In this document: piece after piece, positions 26,351-36,283 of the stretch
Position numbering within the stretch: position 1 is the first letter of the stretch
How the letters are laid out: the number at the start of each line of letters is the position of its first letter
Origin: Patescibacteria group bacterium
GTDB taxonomy: Bacteria; Patescibacteriota; Kazan-3B-28; UBA10110
Direction of reading: 5' to 3'
Assembly: GCA_018817805.1 (NCBI GenBank)
Contig: JAHITC010000033.1
Coordinates: 1 to 41,430, forward strand
DNA: 41,430 bases
Translations under genes and position numbers: made by a program
Notes under the pieces: model-generated
Seen by the model: the letters and a program-made list of their open reading frames with translations, nothing else
Databases searched by the model: none
What the model was told of the DNA's origin: nothing

Positions 26351-28090
26351 TTATTTATCTGGGGGCACCTGCCAGTAATTAAGTAAAAATTTAGCAATAT
26401 CACCAAACAATGGGGCGGCACTACTCTCAGCAAAGCGCATACCTTGCGGCCGATCAATTTTGGTTAGCATTACAAATCTAGGAGAATCGACAGGGCCAAA
26501 ACCAATAAAGGTACCTATAGTGTCCCAGGCCTCGTACCCGCCACTAGGGGTTGGGATCTGAGCAGTACCGGTTTTCCCAGCTATCTTATACCCTGGTACT
26601 CCTGCTTGCTTACCATGGCCATTTTGGACCACGCTCACCATCATAGCAGATAATAGCTGTGCCACCTGGGGCTTTATAACCGATCGAATTGTTTGTGGAT
26701 CTACCGAAACTGCACCACTAGGATACAAGATTTTATCGATAACATGCGGTTTCATCAAATTCCCCTGATTGGCAACTGCGCCAAAAGCCGACACTAGTTG
26801 CATGGGGGTTACTGCAATGCCTTGACCAAAAGATATAGCAGCTAAATCGACCTCTGCCCAATCTTTAGTTGAGCGAACAGGTGCTCCCACTTCCCCGTCT
26901 AACTCCAACCCTGTAGCACTGCCAAATCCGAAGCTAGTTAGATATTTAGAGAATAAATAACGACCTAACTTTTGTACTACATAAACCGCCCCTGTGTTAA
27001 GAGATTTTTCTAGGACTTCAGTCATAGTTTGAAGACCATGGGCTTTAAGATCTGAATTACGAATAATTTTATCGTCTACTAAGACCTCACCCGTATCGGT
27101 ATACACGGTACTAGGCGAAACCAAGCCAGTGTCCATCCCGGCCGCCATAGTAATAATTTTAAATACCGAACCTGGCTCATATACTGATGAAATATTGCCA
27201 TTCACAAAATCTTCTAACGGATATTCACTGTAATAATTAGGATTAAAATTAGGATATGATGCCATCGCCACAATTTTTCCAGTGCTAGGCTCCATAATAA
27301 CCACCTCTCCGTTAGTGGCCTCAAACCTATCCACATATTCTTTTAATTTTTTCTCTACGTAGTACTGAACAGCTCGATTAATAGTTAGAACCACGCTCGC
27401 ACCATCTTCAGGAGTAATAATTTTCCTATTTCCAATAGTAATTTGAACCCCGGACGAACTTTGTTCTACTGCAGCTAGTCCCCCGACGCCGCTCAGCTCT
27501 TTATCTAAATAGCCTTCTACCCCGTATTGGCCGTCTTGGTCTCGATTAACAAAGCCTAAAATATGCGAAGCTAACGAATCTTCTGGATAATACCGATATT
27601 CTTCGGCGCGCAAAATAACTCCATCTAAATCTAATGCCCTAATTTCTTTGGCTTCTACTTCCTCTATCCTTCGACGCAAAGGAGGGATATATACTTTATT
27701 TGATCTCATCTTAGAGATTAATTCACTCTCTTCGACACCTGTATCAGCCAAGTATGGCATTAATTTAGCTGCAGTAAGCTCTGGTTGTCTAACTTGAGTC
27801 GGCACAATATTTAAGCTATACAAAGAAACATTAGTAGCTAGCGGATAATAATCTTTTAATTCAGAGTCATATACCAAAACTTCTCCACGCTTAGCCGGTA
27901 CTTCTTCGTTAGCTAAATGTTGTTCTTTGGCTATGGTAGAAAATGCAGCATGTTCAATAATTTGATGCTGCACTAACTTGGTTGTGATCAACATCAAAAC
28001 TAATAAAAAGAAAAAACTAATTACTCCCAACCGTCCCCGTTGGACGATATCAATGGTTGCGCCATATGCCATAGCCATATTATAACGCAA
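26351..28090 (-). CDS. ftsI: penicillin-binding protein 2 / FtsI-type transpeptidase
   Basis: SVFK (SxxK), SLN (SxN) and KTGT motifs, with an N-terminal TM anchor. Confidence 0.9.
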   Translation of the reverse strand: MRYNMAMAYGATIDIVQRGRLGVISFFFLLVLMLITTKLVQHQIIEHAAFSTIAKEQHLANEEVPAKRGEVLVYDSELKDYYPLATNVSLYSLNIVPTQVRQPELTAAKLMPYLADTGVEESELISKMRSNKVYIPPLRRRIEEVEAKEIRALDLDGVILRAEEYRYYPEDSLASHILGFVNRDQDGQYGVEGYLDKELSGVGGLAAVEQSSSGVQITIGNRKIITPEDGASVVLTINRAVQYYVEKKLKEYVDRFEATNGEVVIMEPSTGKIVAMASYPNFNPNYYSEYPLEDFVNGNISSVYEPGSVFKIITMAAGMDTGLVSPSTVYTDTGEVLVDDKIIRNSDLKAHGLQTMTEVLEKSLNTGAVYVVQKLGRYLFSKYLTSFGFGSATGLELDGEVGAPVRSTKDWAEVDLAAISFGQGIAVTPMQLVSAFGAVANQGNLMKPHVIDKILYPSGAVSVDPQTIRSVIKPQVAQLLSAMMVSVVQNGHGKQAGVPGYKIAGKTGTAQIPTPSGGYEAWDTIGTFIGFGPVDSPRFVMLTKIDRPQGMRFAESSAAPLFGDIAKFLLNYWQVPPDK

Positions 28091-28135
28091 TCTAATTACA
28101 CGTTAGATAGTGAATTAAAACATGCCTTTTGATAC

Positions 28136-28618
28136 TTACCGTTGCGCAACAGTACTATCCAAAAAATCCAAGTAGGTCATATCCCCTCCTTGAATCATTC
28201 TTGGAATATAAGTGACTTCATCTTTCTTCTCTTCTTCTTTCTCAGCGTCTGTTTTAGGAGTTTGATCCGCGGGTGTTTCTGTCAAAATTCTACCGGTTGG
28301 CTTACCATCTTCTCCAATCTCAATCTTAGCTTTAGCTTCTCCATCTATTACTGCTAACGATGCTAATCGAGCTGCCTCTAGGGCCAATCTTTCGTTTTCT
28401 CGTATAACCTCTTTTCGTTCTAATTGTAAGCTATACAGATAGCTACCTTTGGTCGATGTAATATTAACTGCTACAACATACAAAAGACCGACTGCAGCAA
28501 ACATAATAATGACGATTGAATTAACCGATAAACTACCAAAACGAGCTTTACGGAAATTACTAAGATTAATTGTCTTTTTAGTGCCCGCTTCTAAATTTTT
28601 TGGTAACCAACTTTTCAT
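28136..28618 (-). CDS. ftsL: FtsL-like cell division protein (single TM + coiled coil)
   Basis: Positioned between rsmH and ftsI, with a TM helix followed by a heptad-like segment. The sequence itself is not diagnostic. Confidence 0.5.
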   Translation of the reverse strand: MKSWLPKNLEAGTKKTINLSNFRKARFGSLSVNSIVIIMFAAVGLLYVVAVNITSTKGSYLYSLQLERKEVIRENERLALEAARLASLAVIDGEAKAKIEIGEDGKPTGRILTETPADQTPKTDAEKEEEKKDEVTYIPRMIQGGDMTYLDFLDSTVAQR

Positions 28619-28621
28619 AAT

Positions 28622-29518
28622 CTAAATTTTTTCAATCACTCTTAGTTTTGCGCTTCTACTGCGGGGGTTATTCTTTGTCTCTACAAACGAAGGTCTGGTC
28701 GGTTTTTTAGTAACTAGTTTAACAATTTCATTCTTGGCCGCATCCCGAAAAATATTTTTTACAATGCGATCTTCCAGCGAATGGTAACTAATTACAGCTA
28801 ATCTACCACCCGGCTTTAATAGCTCGATAGCTATTGGTAAAGCACTCATAATAGCAGATAACTCATCATTCACTGCTATGCGCAAGGCTTGGAAAGTAAG
28901 TGTGGCGGGATTAATTCTGCCTTTGCGGCCACCCTTAGCTTTAGTCACAATATCGACTAATTCATTAGTGGTAGTAATCCGCTCTTTCCTTCTGGCCTCA
29001 AAAATGGCTTTAGCAATTTTCCTGCTATCTCTTTCTTCACCAAATTGCCATAGAATATCAGCGAGCTTATCTACCGGATAACTATTTATAATTATTTCTG
29101 CAGTAAGATCTTCTGCTTCTCCAAAGCGCATATCTAAAGGTGCATCTTCTAAAAACGAAAAACCTCTATTCCCTCCTAATTGAAGAGACGAGAGGCCAAG
29201 GTCAAATAATATTCCGTCAGGTTTACCGCATCGCCAACTTTTAGTGGCGGTACTAAATATTGAATCAAGAGCAGTGTAACTACCAACGACAGTAGCCAAC
29301 TGACTTTGCGGTTTGAAGCTAGATAGGTTGTTACTTGCGATTCTGATTGCATCTTCATCTTTATCTATTCCAACTAGGGTTCCCTTAGGGCTGATTTTTT
29401 CTAATATAGCGCTGCTGTGGCCTCCAGCTCCCAGCGTGGCATCGACTACCACATCCCCCGGTTTTAACTGAAGCAATTCGGCCACCTCCGTCGCTAATAC
29501 AGGAATGTGAGATGGCAT
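28622..29518 (-). CDS. rsmH: 16S rRNA (cytosine1402-N4)-methyltransferase
   Basis: HIPVL...DATLGAGGHS...DLGLSS. Confidence 0.95.
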   Translation of the reverse strand: MPSHIPVLATEVAELLQLKPGDVVVDATLGAGGHSSAILEKISPKGTLVGIDKDEDAIRIASNNLSSFKPQSQLATVVGSYTALDSIFSTATKSWRCGKPDGILFDLGLSSLQLGGNRGFSFLEDAPLDMRFGEAEDLTAEIIINSYPVDKLADILWQFGEERDSRKIAKAIFEARRKERITTTNELVDIVTKAKGGRKGRINPATLTFQALRIAVNDELSAIMSALPIAIELLKPGGRLAVISYHSLEDRIVKNIFRDAAKNEIVKLVTKKPTRPSFVETKNNPRSRSAKLRVIEKI

Positions 29519-29707
29519 ACGTTTAATAATTAACTGTTGTTATGGCAATTAGCGAAGGGCGAGCAAAATTTGTTTTCCCTATTGTCAGAAACATTACTGT
29601 TTCTGTGGGTGGAGGGAAATATCACTTAGGAGGTGAAAATATTGGCAAATTGTTTTTTGTGGATAATTACTGAGCTCGCCACTGCGCTAACTGCCACCCA
29701 ACTAAAC

Positions 29708-30130
29708 TTAAATGAACAATTCTTCCGCCATTTTTTCGGCGTCTTTTTCAGTTTTGGCCTTATATTCTTGCCAAACTTTTGAATCCCATATTTCTAAGCG
29801 ATTCACAAGTCCAGCAACAATTACACTGCTTTTGATGCCGGCATAAGCCATTAAATACTTTGGCAAATTAACTCTGCCTTGTTTGTCAGGTACACTATCC
29901 ATTGCCCCTCCCAGCATCAAGCGCGAAAAGGCCCTGGCATTACTTTGCGAAACAGGCATAGCATTAATTTTTTCTGCTACTTTCTCCCACTCTTCCTTAG
30001 TGTAAAGGAACAAGCAACCATCTAGTCCTTTGGTAATCACTACACCCTGCGCTAACGCCCCCCTAAATTTAATCGGCACTGCTAAGCGCCCTTTGTCGTC
30101 AACTGAATGAGTAAATTCGCCAATAAACAT
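29708..30130 (-). CDS. mraZ: transcriptional regulator MraZ
   Basis: MFIGEFTHSVDDKGRLAVP and a second DKQGRVNLP repeat. Confidence 0.95.
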   Translation of the reverse strand: MFIGEFTHSVDDKGRLAVPIKFRGALAQGVVITKGLDGCLFLYTKEEWEKVAEKINAMPVSQSNARAFSRLMLGGAMDSVPDKQGRVNLPKYLMAYAGIKSSVIVAGLVNRLEIWDSKVWQEYKAKTEKDAEKMAEELFI

Positions 30131-30146
30131 TTATCCCCTTCTTTTT

Positions 30147-30208
30147 CCCACTTATCCCCACGCTTCTCCACAACAAAACCATTATATACCACCAGACTCC
30201 ATTAACAA
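30147..30208 (-). promoter_or_regulatory. mraZ promoter with three MraZ-box direct repeats
   Basis: Minus strand TTGTTA (30208-30203), 16 nt, TATAAT (30186-30181). Then GTGGA (30171-30167), GTGGG (30161-30157) and GTGGG (30151-30147) follow at an exact 10-bp period. Confidence 0.65.
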
Positions 30209-30339
30209 TAAAAAAATCCCCACATTGACAATAATCCGCTGTGGGATTATAAAGTTTATTGAAACATAACTAAAACTATGCTAGTATAAAGCGTATCTGT
30301 ATTTTGAAAAATAAAACTTTACCCTGGAGGTAACAACAA

Positions 30340-31191
30340 ATGGGCATCCATATCCAAATCAGCCCCCCGGGCTTGAAAGTCGACTTCTACGGCCGACCGA
30401 TGTTACCAAATACCACACCTAATCCGGGAGCATATCCCCACGATCCTGAGTGCGCAAATAAACTAGAGCAACTAGCTCCTAATTCCACTATTATTTACTC
30501 AGCTAGTGATCATTCTGGGAATATAGTATTTGTTGATACAGAACTTAACACAACCAACCCTAAAGGGAAAAAAATCAAAATTAAACCGAGTGAAAGAAAA
30601 AGGATAGGGCTTGTGTTAGGTGATAGTATCATCTGCCATAGATCAACACTTACGCCAATTACATTGGCGCTACGCACATGTGATTGCATTCCTCTAGTTA
30701 TATGGGATAAATCACACTTTGGAGTAGTCCACGTAAGCAACATAAATCTATGCAGCTATCGAACAGAGAATTTTAAAGGGTCTATACTGAAATCTCTATT
30801 CCAGTACTTGGATCCCAAAAATTGCCATGTTATTGTAGGCCCATCTATCGGGGGCATACACTATGGTGATTGTAAGCATTATGGATATACAGAAACAGTC
30901 CAGCAAGATGATGGAAGTCATCTTATAAACCAACTGTTTAAAGAATATCCCAACATCAATATATCACGCCAAAAAGGCAGAGGAATGATATATTTCCAGT
31001 GGGGAGCAATCATTGTTGGAATTCTTAAATCGCACGGTGTAGACCCTCGTGCCATACAGAATGAATACAACCTCTGCACAATGTGTTTCGCAGAGATTCT
31101 CTATTCGAATCGAGCAGCTAAAGTAGCTTTGAATCGAGAGGAGATGACAAAGCGTTATGGTAACATAACACTTGTCCGCACAACAGCATAA
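30340..31191 (+). CDS. divergent PgeF/YfiH-like (DUF152) protein
   Basis: TCDCIPLVIWD...GVVHVS and a C-terminal CTMC....LYSNR resemble the ADC.P / H.GW / CT...YSYRR motifs. GGAGG lies 8 nt before the ATG. Similarity is judged by eye only. Confidence 0.5.
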   Translation: MGIHIQISPPGLKVDFYGRPMLPNTTPNPGAYPHDPECANKLEQLAPNSTIIYSASDHSGNIVFVDTELNTTNPKGKKIKIKPSERKRIGLVLGDSIICHRSTLTPITLALRTCDCIPLVIWDKSHFGVVHVSNINLCSYRTENFKGSILKSLFQYLDPKNCHVIVGPSIGGIHYGDCKHYGYTETVQQDDGSHLINQLFKEYPNINISRQKGRGMIYFQWGAIIVGILKSHGVDPRAIQNEYNLCTMCFAEILYSNRAAKVALNREEMTKRYGNITLVRTTA

Positions 31192-31198
31192 TAGTTTA

Positions 31199-31224
31199 AA
31201 GACGCTAGTTTGGCGTCTTTTTTA
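31199..31224. terminator. terminator hairpin shared by convergent genes
   Basis: AAGACGC-TAGTTTG-GCGTCTT followed by TTTTT on the plus strand. Confidence 0.6.
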
Positions 31225-32511
31225 TTGAATTTTATGAGTTATATATTCTTTTAAAGCAGAGATATCTATTCGCTCCTGATTCATCGAATCTCTATCTCGC
31301 ACCGTTACTCTGCTATCTTCCAATGAATCAAAATCGACTGTCACGCAATAAGGAGTACCTATTTCATCTTGCCTTCTATACCTTTTGCCCACAGTGCCAC
31401 TTTCATCATATTCGACAAACCATAACTCCTTTAGCTCGGTATAAATCTTATTTGCCAATTTTATTAATGGTTCTTTTTTGATTAAAGGTAGGATCGCTAC
31501 TTTAATGGGAGCCAGTTTTGGGTGCAAGGATAAAACTGTTCGCTTTTCACCCTTAACCTCTTCTTCTTTATAAGCATCTACTAGAAATGCTAACACTGCC
31601 CTATCTACCCCACCAGATGGCTCTATAACATAAGGTGTAAACTTTTCTCCTTCTCCATCCGTATATTGCAAATTCTCACCACTAACTGCCTGGTGTTGCT
31701 TTAAATCGTAGTCTCCCCTATTAGCAATGCCTTCGAGCTCCGACCAACCAAAAGGAAACTCATACTCAATATCTGTCACAGCCTTAGCATAGTGCGCTAA
31801 ATCTTTTTTAGGATGATCTTTAAGTTTAATTTTTTTCTTATCGATACCTAAACCTAGATACCACTTTAATCTCTCTTCTTTCCATTCATCAAATGATTTG
31901 TCTGCTTTTTTAGGGTCAACAAAGTATTCTAGTTCAAATTGTTCGAACTCACGAGTTCGAAAAGTAAAATTGCCAGGAGTAATTTCGTTTCTAAAAGATT
32001 TACCAATTTGGGCAATACCAAATGGAATCTTAACACGAGTACTGTCTAAAACATTTTTAAAATTAACAAAAATACCTTGGGCTGTCTCTGGACGCAAATA
32101 AACTAAGTTAGCATCGCTCTCTACCGGCCCTGCATGGGTTTTAAACATTAAATTAAAATCGCGAGCAGGAGTTAGCTCTCCCCCGCAAGCACATTCTTTT
32201 TTCTTTAAGTCGTCCGATTTAAACCGTTGTTTACACTTTTTGCAATCTACCAATGGATCTGTAAACGCTTTTAGATGGCCGCTAGCTTCCCAAACTTTAG
32301 GGTTCATTAAAATGGCACTATCAAGACCAACAATGTCATCACGAAACTTAACCATTGTTTCCCACCAGATTTTTTTAACATTGTTTTTTAAAAGAACTCC
32401 GTATGGGCCATAGTCCCAACTATTAGCAAACCCACCATAAATCTCAGAACTGGGATAAATAATTCCCCGACGCTTACATAGACCCGTGATGTCTTTCATT
32501 AAATCGCTCAT
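31222..32511 (-). CDS. glyQS: glycine--tRNA ligase (dimeric class II type)
   Basis: CKRRGIIYPSSEIYGGFANSWDYGPYG... and RPETAQGIF. Confidence 0.95.
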   Translation of the reverse strand: MSDLMKDITGLCKRRGIIYPSSEIYGGFANSWDYGPYGVLLKNNVKKIWWETMVKFRDDIVGLDSAILMNPKVWEASGHLKAFTDPLVDCKKCKQRFKSDDLKKKECACGGELTPARDFNLMFKTHAGPVESDANLVYLRPETAQGIFVNFKNVLDSTRVKIPFGIAQIGKSFRNEITPGNFTFRTREFEQFELEYFVDPKKADKSFDEWKEERLKWYLGLGIDKKKIKLKDHPKKDLAHYAKAVTDIEYEFPFGWSELEGIANRGDYDLKQHQAVSGENLQYTDGEGEKFTPYVIEPSGGVDRAVLAFLVDAYKEEEVKGEKRTVLSLHPKLAPIKVAILPLIKKEPLIKLANKIYTELKELWFVEYDESGTVGKRYRRQDEIGTPYCVTVDFDSLEDSRVTVRDRDSMNQERIDISALKEYITHKIQ

Positions 32512-32960
32512 TCTTTTTCGACAGTTACCATAAACTCACCGAACAAATCGGGGGATAAAATAATTTTTACATTATGCTCTCCGACACTTTTAATTGGTTC
32601 TTCTATCACTAACATTTCCGGAGTAACGTCAAATGTAAATTTTTCACCTAGTTCGCTTACAACCTCGGTTAATGGCACCGCAGCAAATAGTTTTCCAGTA
32701 GAAGTCGCTTTACGTTTAAAAACTAAATTAATTTTGTCTGGAGCATTAAAGATGCTGGCGAATTCTTCTCTTTGCTCAGATATCTTTTGAGTGGATACTA
32801 ATTGCAACGATTCTAATGCTTCGATCTTCTCTGGTGTGGCCATTTCCGCTAATCCCCTAGGAAACAAAAAATTTCTGGCATAGCCATCCGACACTGCCTT
32901 AACCGTACCCGGCCCACCTACACCTGTAACTGCCTTCTTTAAAATAACTTTAACTAACAT
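32508..32960 (-). CDS. rplI: 50S ribosomal protein L9
   Basis: VKVILKK...V.DGYARNFLFPRGLA. Confidence 0.9.
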   Translation of the reverse strand: MLVKVILKKAVTGVGGPGTVKAVSDGYARNFLFPRGLAEMATPEKIEALESLQLVSTQKISEQREEFASIFNAPDKINLVFKRKATSTGKLFAAVPLTEVVSELGEKFTFDVTPEMLVIEEPIKSVGEHNVKIILSPDLFGEFMVTVEKE

Positions 32961-34169
32961 TTATTCGCCTATTACTTTCTTTAATTCAGCTATAGCTCTC
33001 TGGAGTTGGGAGTCTTCCGCCCCATTACCATCACCTTTTATAACTATATCAGGATTCAGCCCCCCATCGCTAATCGAGACTCCGCCAGGAGTATACCAAT
33101 GCGCAATAGTAATACGTAGCGCAGAACCATCCGGAAACTCTTCTATCTCCTGTACGCTACCTTTGCCATAAGTATGCTCTCCCACAATTTTAGCTCTTTC
33201 ATTGTCTCTCAGAGCTCCTGCTACAATCTCGGCTGCCGATGCACTACCACCATCTACTAATATTACAACCGGGATCTTGGCTAATTTGCCATTACCATCT
33301 GCCGAGAACGGCGTTACACTGCCATCTTTAAATCTTTCTTCTACAATTAATCCACCTGGTAAAAATTCGTTAGCTACTTTTACTCCCGTATCCAAAAACC
33401 CTCCAGGATTATTTCGCAAATCTAGCAAAATTCCCTTGGAGTCATTCTGTAAAATTTGCGTAACTGCTCTATTAAACAATTTCTCTGTATCACTCCCAAA
33501 CTTTGTAATTTTTAATATTGCTACTTCATCTTCAAATTTAAGTTGTACGCTTTTAATTTTGACTACATCTCTCACGATTGTAATGTCTTTTGGATCATCT
33601 TTTCCTCTAACAATAGTTAAAACGACACTGCTACCCTTAGGGCCTTTAATTAGACTTAGCACTTCACCCAAATCTAGCCCTGAAACTATTCTGCCATCGA
33701 TAGCCAAAATTTCGTCTTTAGGTGCCAGGCCAGCTGCATCTGCTGGCGAACCTTCTAAGGGGGCCACTACCAGTACCCTATCGTCGATTAAATCTATTTC
33801 TATCCCCACACCTTCATACAAACCATTTAAACTAGTAAAAAACTCTTTGTTCTCGACAGGCGTGCTAAAAGAAGTATACGGATCGTTTAACGAATAAACT
33901 CCGCCCTTAATACTGCCATATAACAAATCAAGATAATTAACATCTTCGTAATATTTATCTTTTAAAATATCTAGCACTGTTTCGTACAGAGCAAAATCTG
34001 GCAGAGTTGATTCACTAGCACTAAGCTTTTGTTTAAAAACAGTCGAGAAAGTACTAGCATTTACTCGTTGGTAGTAACCTTTAGTAAAACCAAGCAAATA
34101 AAAACTGCCGAGCAAAAGCCCAATTCCAATAATAGATACTAGCTGTCTAAATAATTCTTTTTTACCCAC
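32961..34169 (-). CDS. S41-family C-terminal processing peptidase with PDZ domain
   Basis: PDZ segment GSPADAAGL...D.ILAIDG and GGSASAAEIVAGALRD. Confidence 0.9.
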   Translation of the reverse strand: MGKKELFRQLVSIIGIGLLLGSFYLLGFTKGYYQRVNASTFSTVFKQKLSASESTLPDFALYETVLDILKDKYYEDVNYLDLLYGSIKGGVYSLNDPYTSFSTPVENKEFFTSLNGLYEGVGIEIDLIDDRVLVVAPLEGSPADAAGLAPKDEILAIDGRIVSGLDLGEVLSLIKGPKGSSVVLTIVRGKDDPKDITIVRDVVKIKSVQLKFEDEVAILKITKFGSDTEKLFNRAVTQILQNDSKGILLDLRNNPGGFLDTGVKVANEFLPGGLIVEERFKDGSVTPFSADGNGKLAKIPVVILVDGGSASAAEIVAGALRDNERAKIVGEHTYGKGSVQEIEEFPDGSALRITIAHWYTPGGVSISDGGLNPDIVIKGDGNGAEDSQLQRAIAELKKVIGE

Positions 34170-34205
34170 TTACTCTACCAACCATTACAATTTTATCTCC
34201 AAGCT

Positions 34206-35366
34206 TTATCCTACCAGATATGCTAAGGGGTTTCTGGCTGTACCCTGATACCATACCTCCATATGCAAATGCGGGCCAGTTGTAAGCCAACCAGCGCCAG
34301 GAGTTCCAGGTGTACCTCCGGTGTACCCTAACACTTGTCCCTGAGCAACATAAGCACCCTTCGAAACAGCAAAACCAGATACATGTAAGTATGTAGTGCT
34401 CAAACCACTATTGTGGCTAACTATAATATAGCTCAGGCCCATTCCCCCATCTTTTACATTCGTAACTGTGCCATCAGCTGGCGACTTAATTGGCGTACCT
34501 TGTGGAGTCGCAATATCTAGACCATTATGAGCAATGCCGAATCGTCTCTTATAATCTGGGTCTTGAAAAGTGGCTGTAATTAGACGAGAGCCAATTGGCC
34601 AGTTTAATACCAGCTCTCCGGAATAAGTTTTACCTTTGTCTGTCGATTTAATTAACGCAGCAATTTCATTCGAAACCGCTTGCTGTTCGGTCCTAGAAGC
34701 ATCCAACTTAGACTGATACTCCGCTTCGCTTAGCTTTAGACCTTTCATAATCTTGTCTTTGGCATCTAATTGAATTTGCAAACTCTGCTCTTCTACAGCT
34801 TTATCAGATCTAATTTCGGCTAAACGAGCATCTTTGTCTTGCAGTAAAGATTTTTTAACTGCTAGATCTTTTTGCAGTTCGTTCATGTTTTTAATGCCAC
34901 TCGAAATCCGGTTTTGAATTTGATTTAAATACTGTATATAGCTTAGGAGTTCGGATAGATTTTTAGAACTAAGTAATATTTCCAATAGCCCACGTTGTTT
35001 CTTAATGTAAGATAAACGCAAAGCTTGTTGCAAAACTATCTTCTGTTCTAAAGCATCTTCCTCCAAATCGACTAGGTCGCGGTTAATAAAAGTTTTTTCA
35101 ATACCAATTTCATCAATTTGAGCAGAAATTTTTTCTAGCATTAATCTGGCGGCTTCAGTCTGTTGGTCTAATAGTTTAACTTGATTGCCCAATGTCAACG
35201 TTTGATTGCGCACTTTACTTAGAGCGGCTTCTTGTTCATCAATTTTTTTCTGTAGATTGTGTAGTTCTATCTTTTTATCTTCTAACAAATCGGCATGCAC
35301 AAAATTAGGCATACCAAGTGTTGTTATTAATACTGCTAGTAAAAATTTAAATAAAAACTTCTTCAT
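34206..35366 (-). CDS. M23 (LytM) peptidase with long coiled coil (EnvC-like)
   Basis: HNGLDIA and HLHMEV motifs, with an N-terminal coiled coil. It follows ftsEX. Confidence 0.85.
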   Translation of the reverse strand: MKKFLFKFLLAVLITTLGMPNFVHADLLEDKKIELHNLQKKIDEQEAALSKVRNQTLTLGNQVKLLDQQTEAARLMLEKISAQIDEIGIEKTFINRDLVDLEEDALEQKIVLQQALRLSYIKKQRGLLEILLSSKNLSELLSYIQYLNQIQNRISSGIKNMNELQKDLAVKKSLLQDKDARLAEIRSDKAVEEQSLQIQLDAKDKIMKGLKLSEAEYQSKLDASRTEQQAVSNEIAALIKSTDKGKTYSGELVLNWPIGSRLITATFQDPDYKRRFGIAHNGLDIATPQGTPIKSPADGTVTNVKDGGMGLSYIIVSHNSGLSTTYLHVSGFAVSKGAYVAQGQVLGYTGGTPGTPGAGWLTTGPHLHMEVWYQGTARNPLAYLVG

Positions 35367-36280
35367 ACTCTTAAATGCTTTTTAGTAGAGAATAAACTGC
35401 TAGCACCTCCTACAATAATTCCTAGCACTAGTTGCATTATTAGTAGTTCGACAAGTAATAAAATACGAGAATCTGTAGTTGGTAAATCTGAAACTCCTAA
35501 TGACAAGTATTTATTTAATACTCCGGAAGTTATAGCCAAATAACCGACAAGGGTGGTAGCAAATGCCCAAATTGCCCCTACAATGCCATAGATCATTCCT
35601 TCAATAATAAACGGCCAGCGGATATACCAGTCGGTAGCACCCACTAACTTCATAATTTCGATCTCTTCCCGACGGGTAAAAATAGCAATGCGGATAGTAT
35701 TAAAGATAATTAACAAAGCAATAATAATAAAGATAAATCCTAGCAGCACATTAATTAACCCCACCGTACGATTAATCTTTCTAAGCTGATTAATCATTGT
35801 CTGATTATCTTTAAAAGTAGTGGTGGCAATAAGTTGGTTGGTATCATACGAGATAATTTGTGTTACCACTTCCTCGATACGATCTGGATGAATTATTTTA
35901 ACTTCTAAACTAGCAGGCAAATAGTTATTGTCGGTACCAATAATGTCTTGCAACTGTTCATCAATCAAGTTTTGTGCCTGATAGTTCTTAAGCGCTTGCT
36001 CCTGTGAAATAAAATTAATTGCTTTAACCCCAGGCACACTATCAATCTCATCTTTAAATACTAGAATATCTGTCTCTGGAACAAATTCCTTAAAAAAGAT
36101 GGCCACATCTATGCGATCATTAACAGTTTGAATAGTTCGGTTAACCGCTACATTTAAACTGAAAAGCAAAGTAATAAGGAGCAATGCTTGCATCATCGTA
36201 AAAGTCGCCACGAATGAAAGCCATCCATTGCGTCTAAACCCACTCCAAGCTGTTTTAATAATCCGTAAAAATAATTCCAT
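35363..36280 (-). CDS. ftsX: cell division permease-like protein FtsX
   Basis: 4-TM FtsX topology downstream of ftsE. Confidence 0.85.
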   Translation of the reverse strand: MELFLRIIKTAWSGFRRNGWLSFVATFTMMQALLLITLLFSLNVAVNRTIQTVNDRIDVAIFFKEFVPETDILVFKDEIDSVPGVKAINFISQEQALKNYQAQNLIDEQLQDIIGTDNNYLPASLEVKIIHPDRIEEVVTQIISYDTNQLIATTTFKDNQTMINQLRKINRTVGLINVLLGFIFIIIALLIIFNTIRIAIFTRREEIEIMKLVGATDWYIRWPFIIEGMIYGIVGAIWAFATTLVGYLAITSGVLNKYLSLGVSDLPTTDSRILLLVELLIMQLVLGIIVGGASSLFSTKKHLRV

Positions 36281-36283
36281 CGT

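Noticed and set aside
29658-29666. The perfect DnaA box TGTGGATAA as evidence for oriC. TTATCCCCA-like 9-mers also occur at 30152-30160.
   Set aside because: There is only a single perfect box, no cluster, no AT-rich unwinding element and no dnaA/dnaN context. The 30.15-kb near-matches are better explained as MraZ boxes.
33202-33897. 231-aa plus-strand ORF, and similar long antisense ORFs at 20042-20446, 25203-25580, 13119-13535, 9564-9917 and 22956-23273.
   Set aside because: Each lies fully inside a confidently identified minus-strand gene. They have Ser/Leu/Pro-rich composition typical of antisense frames in AT-rich DNA, and no signals.
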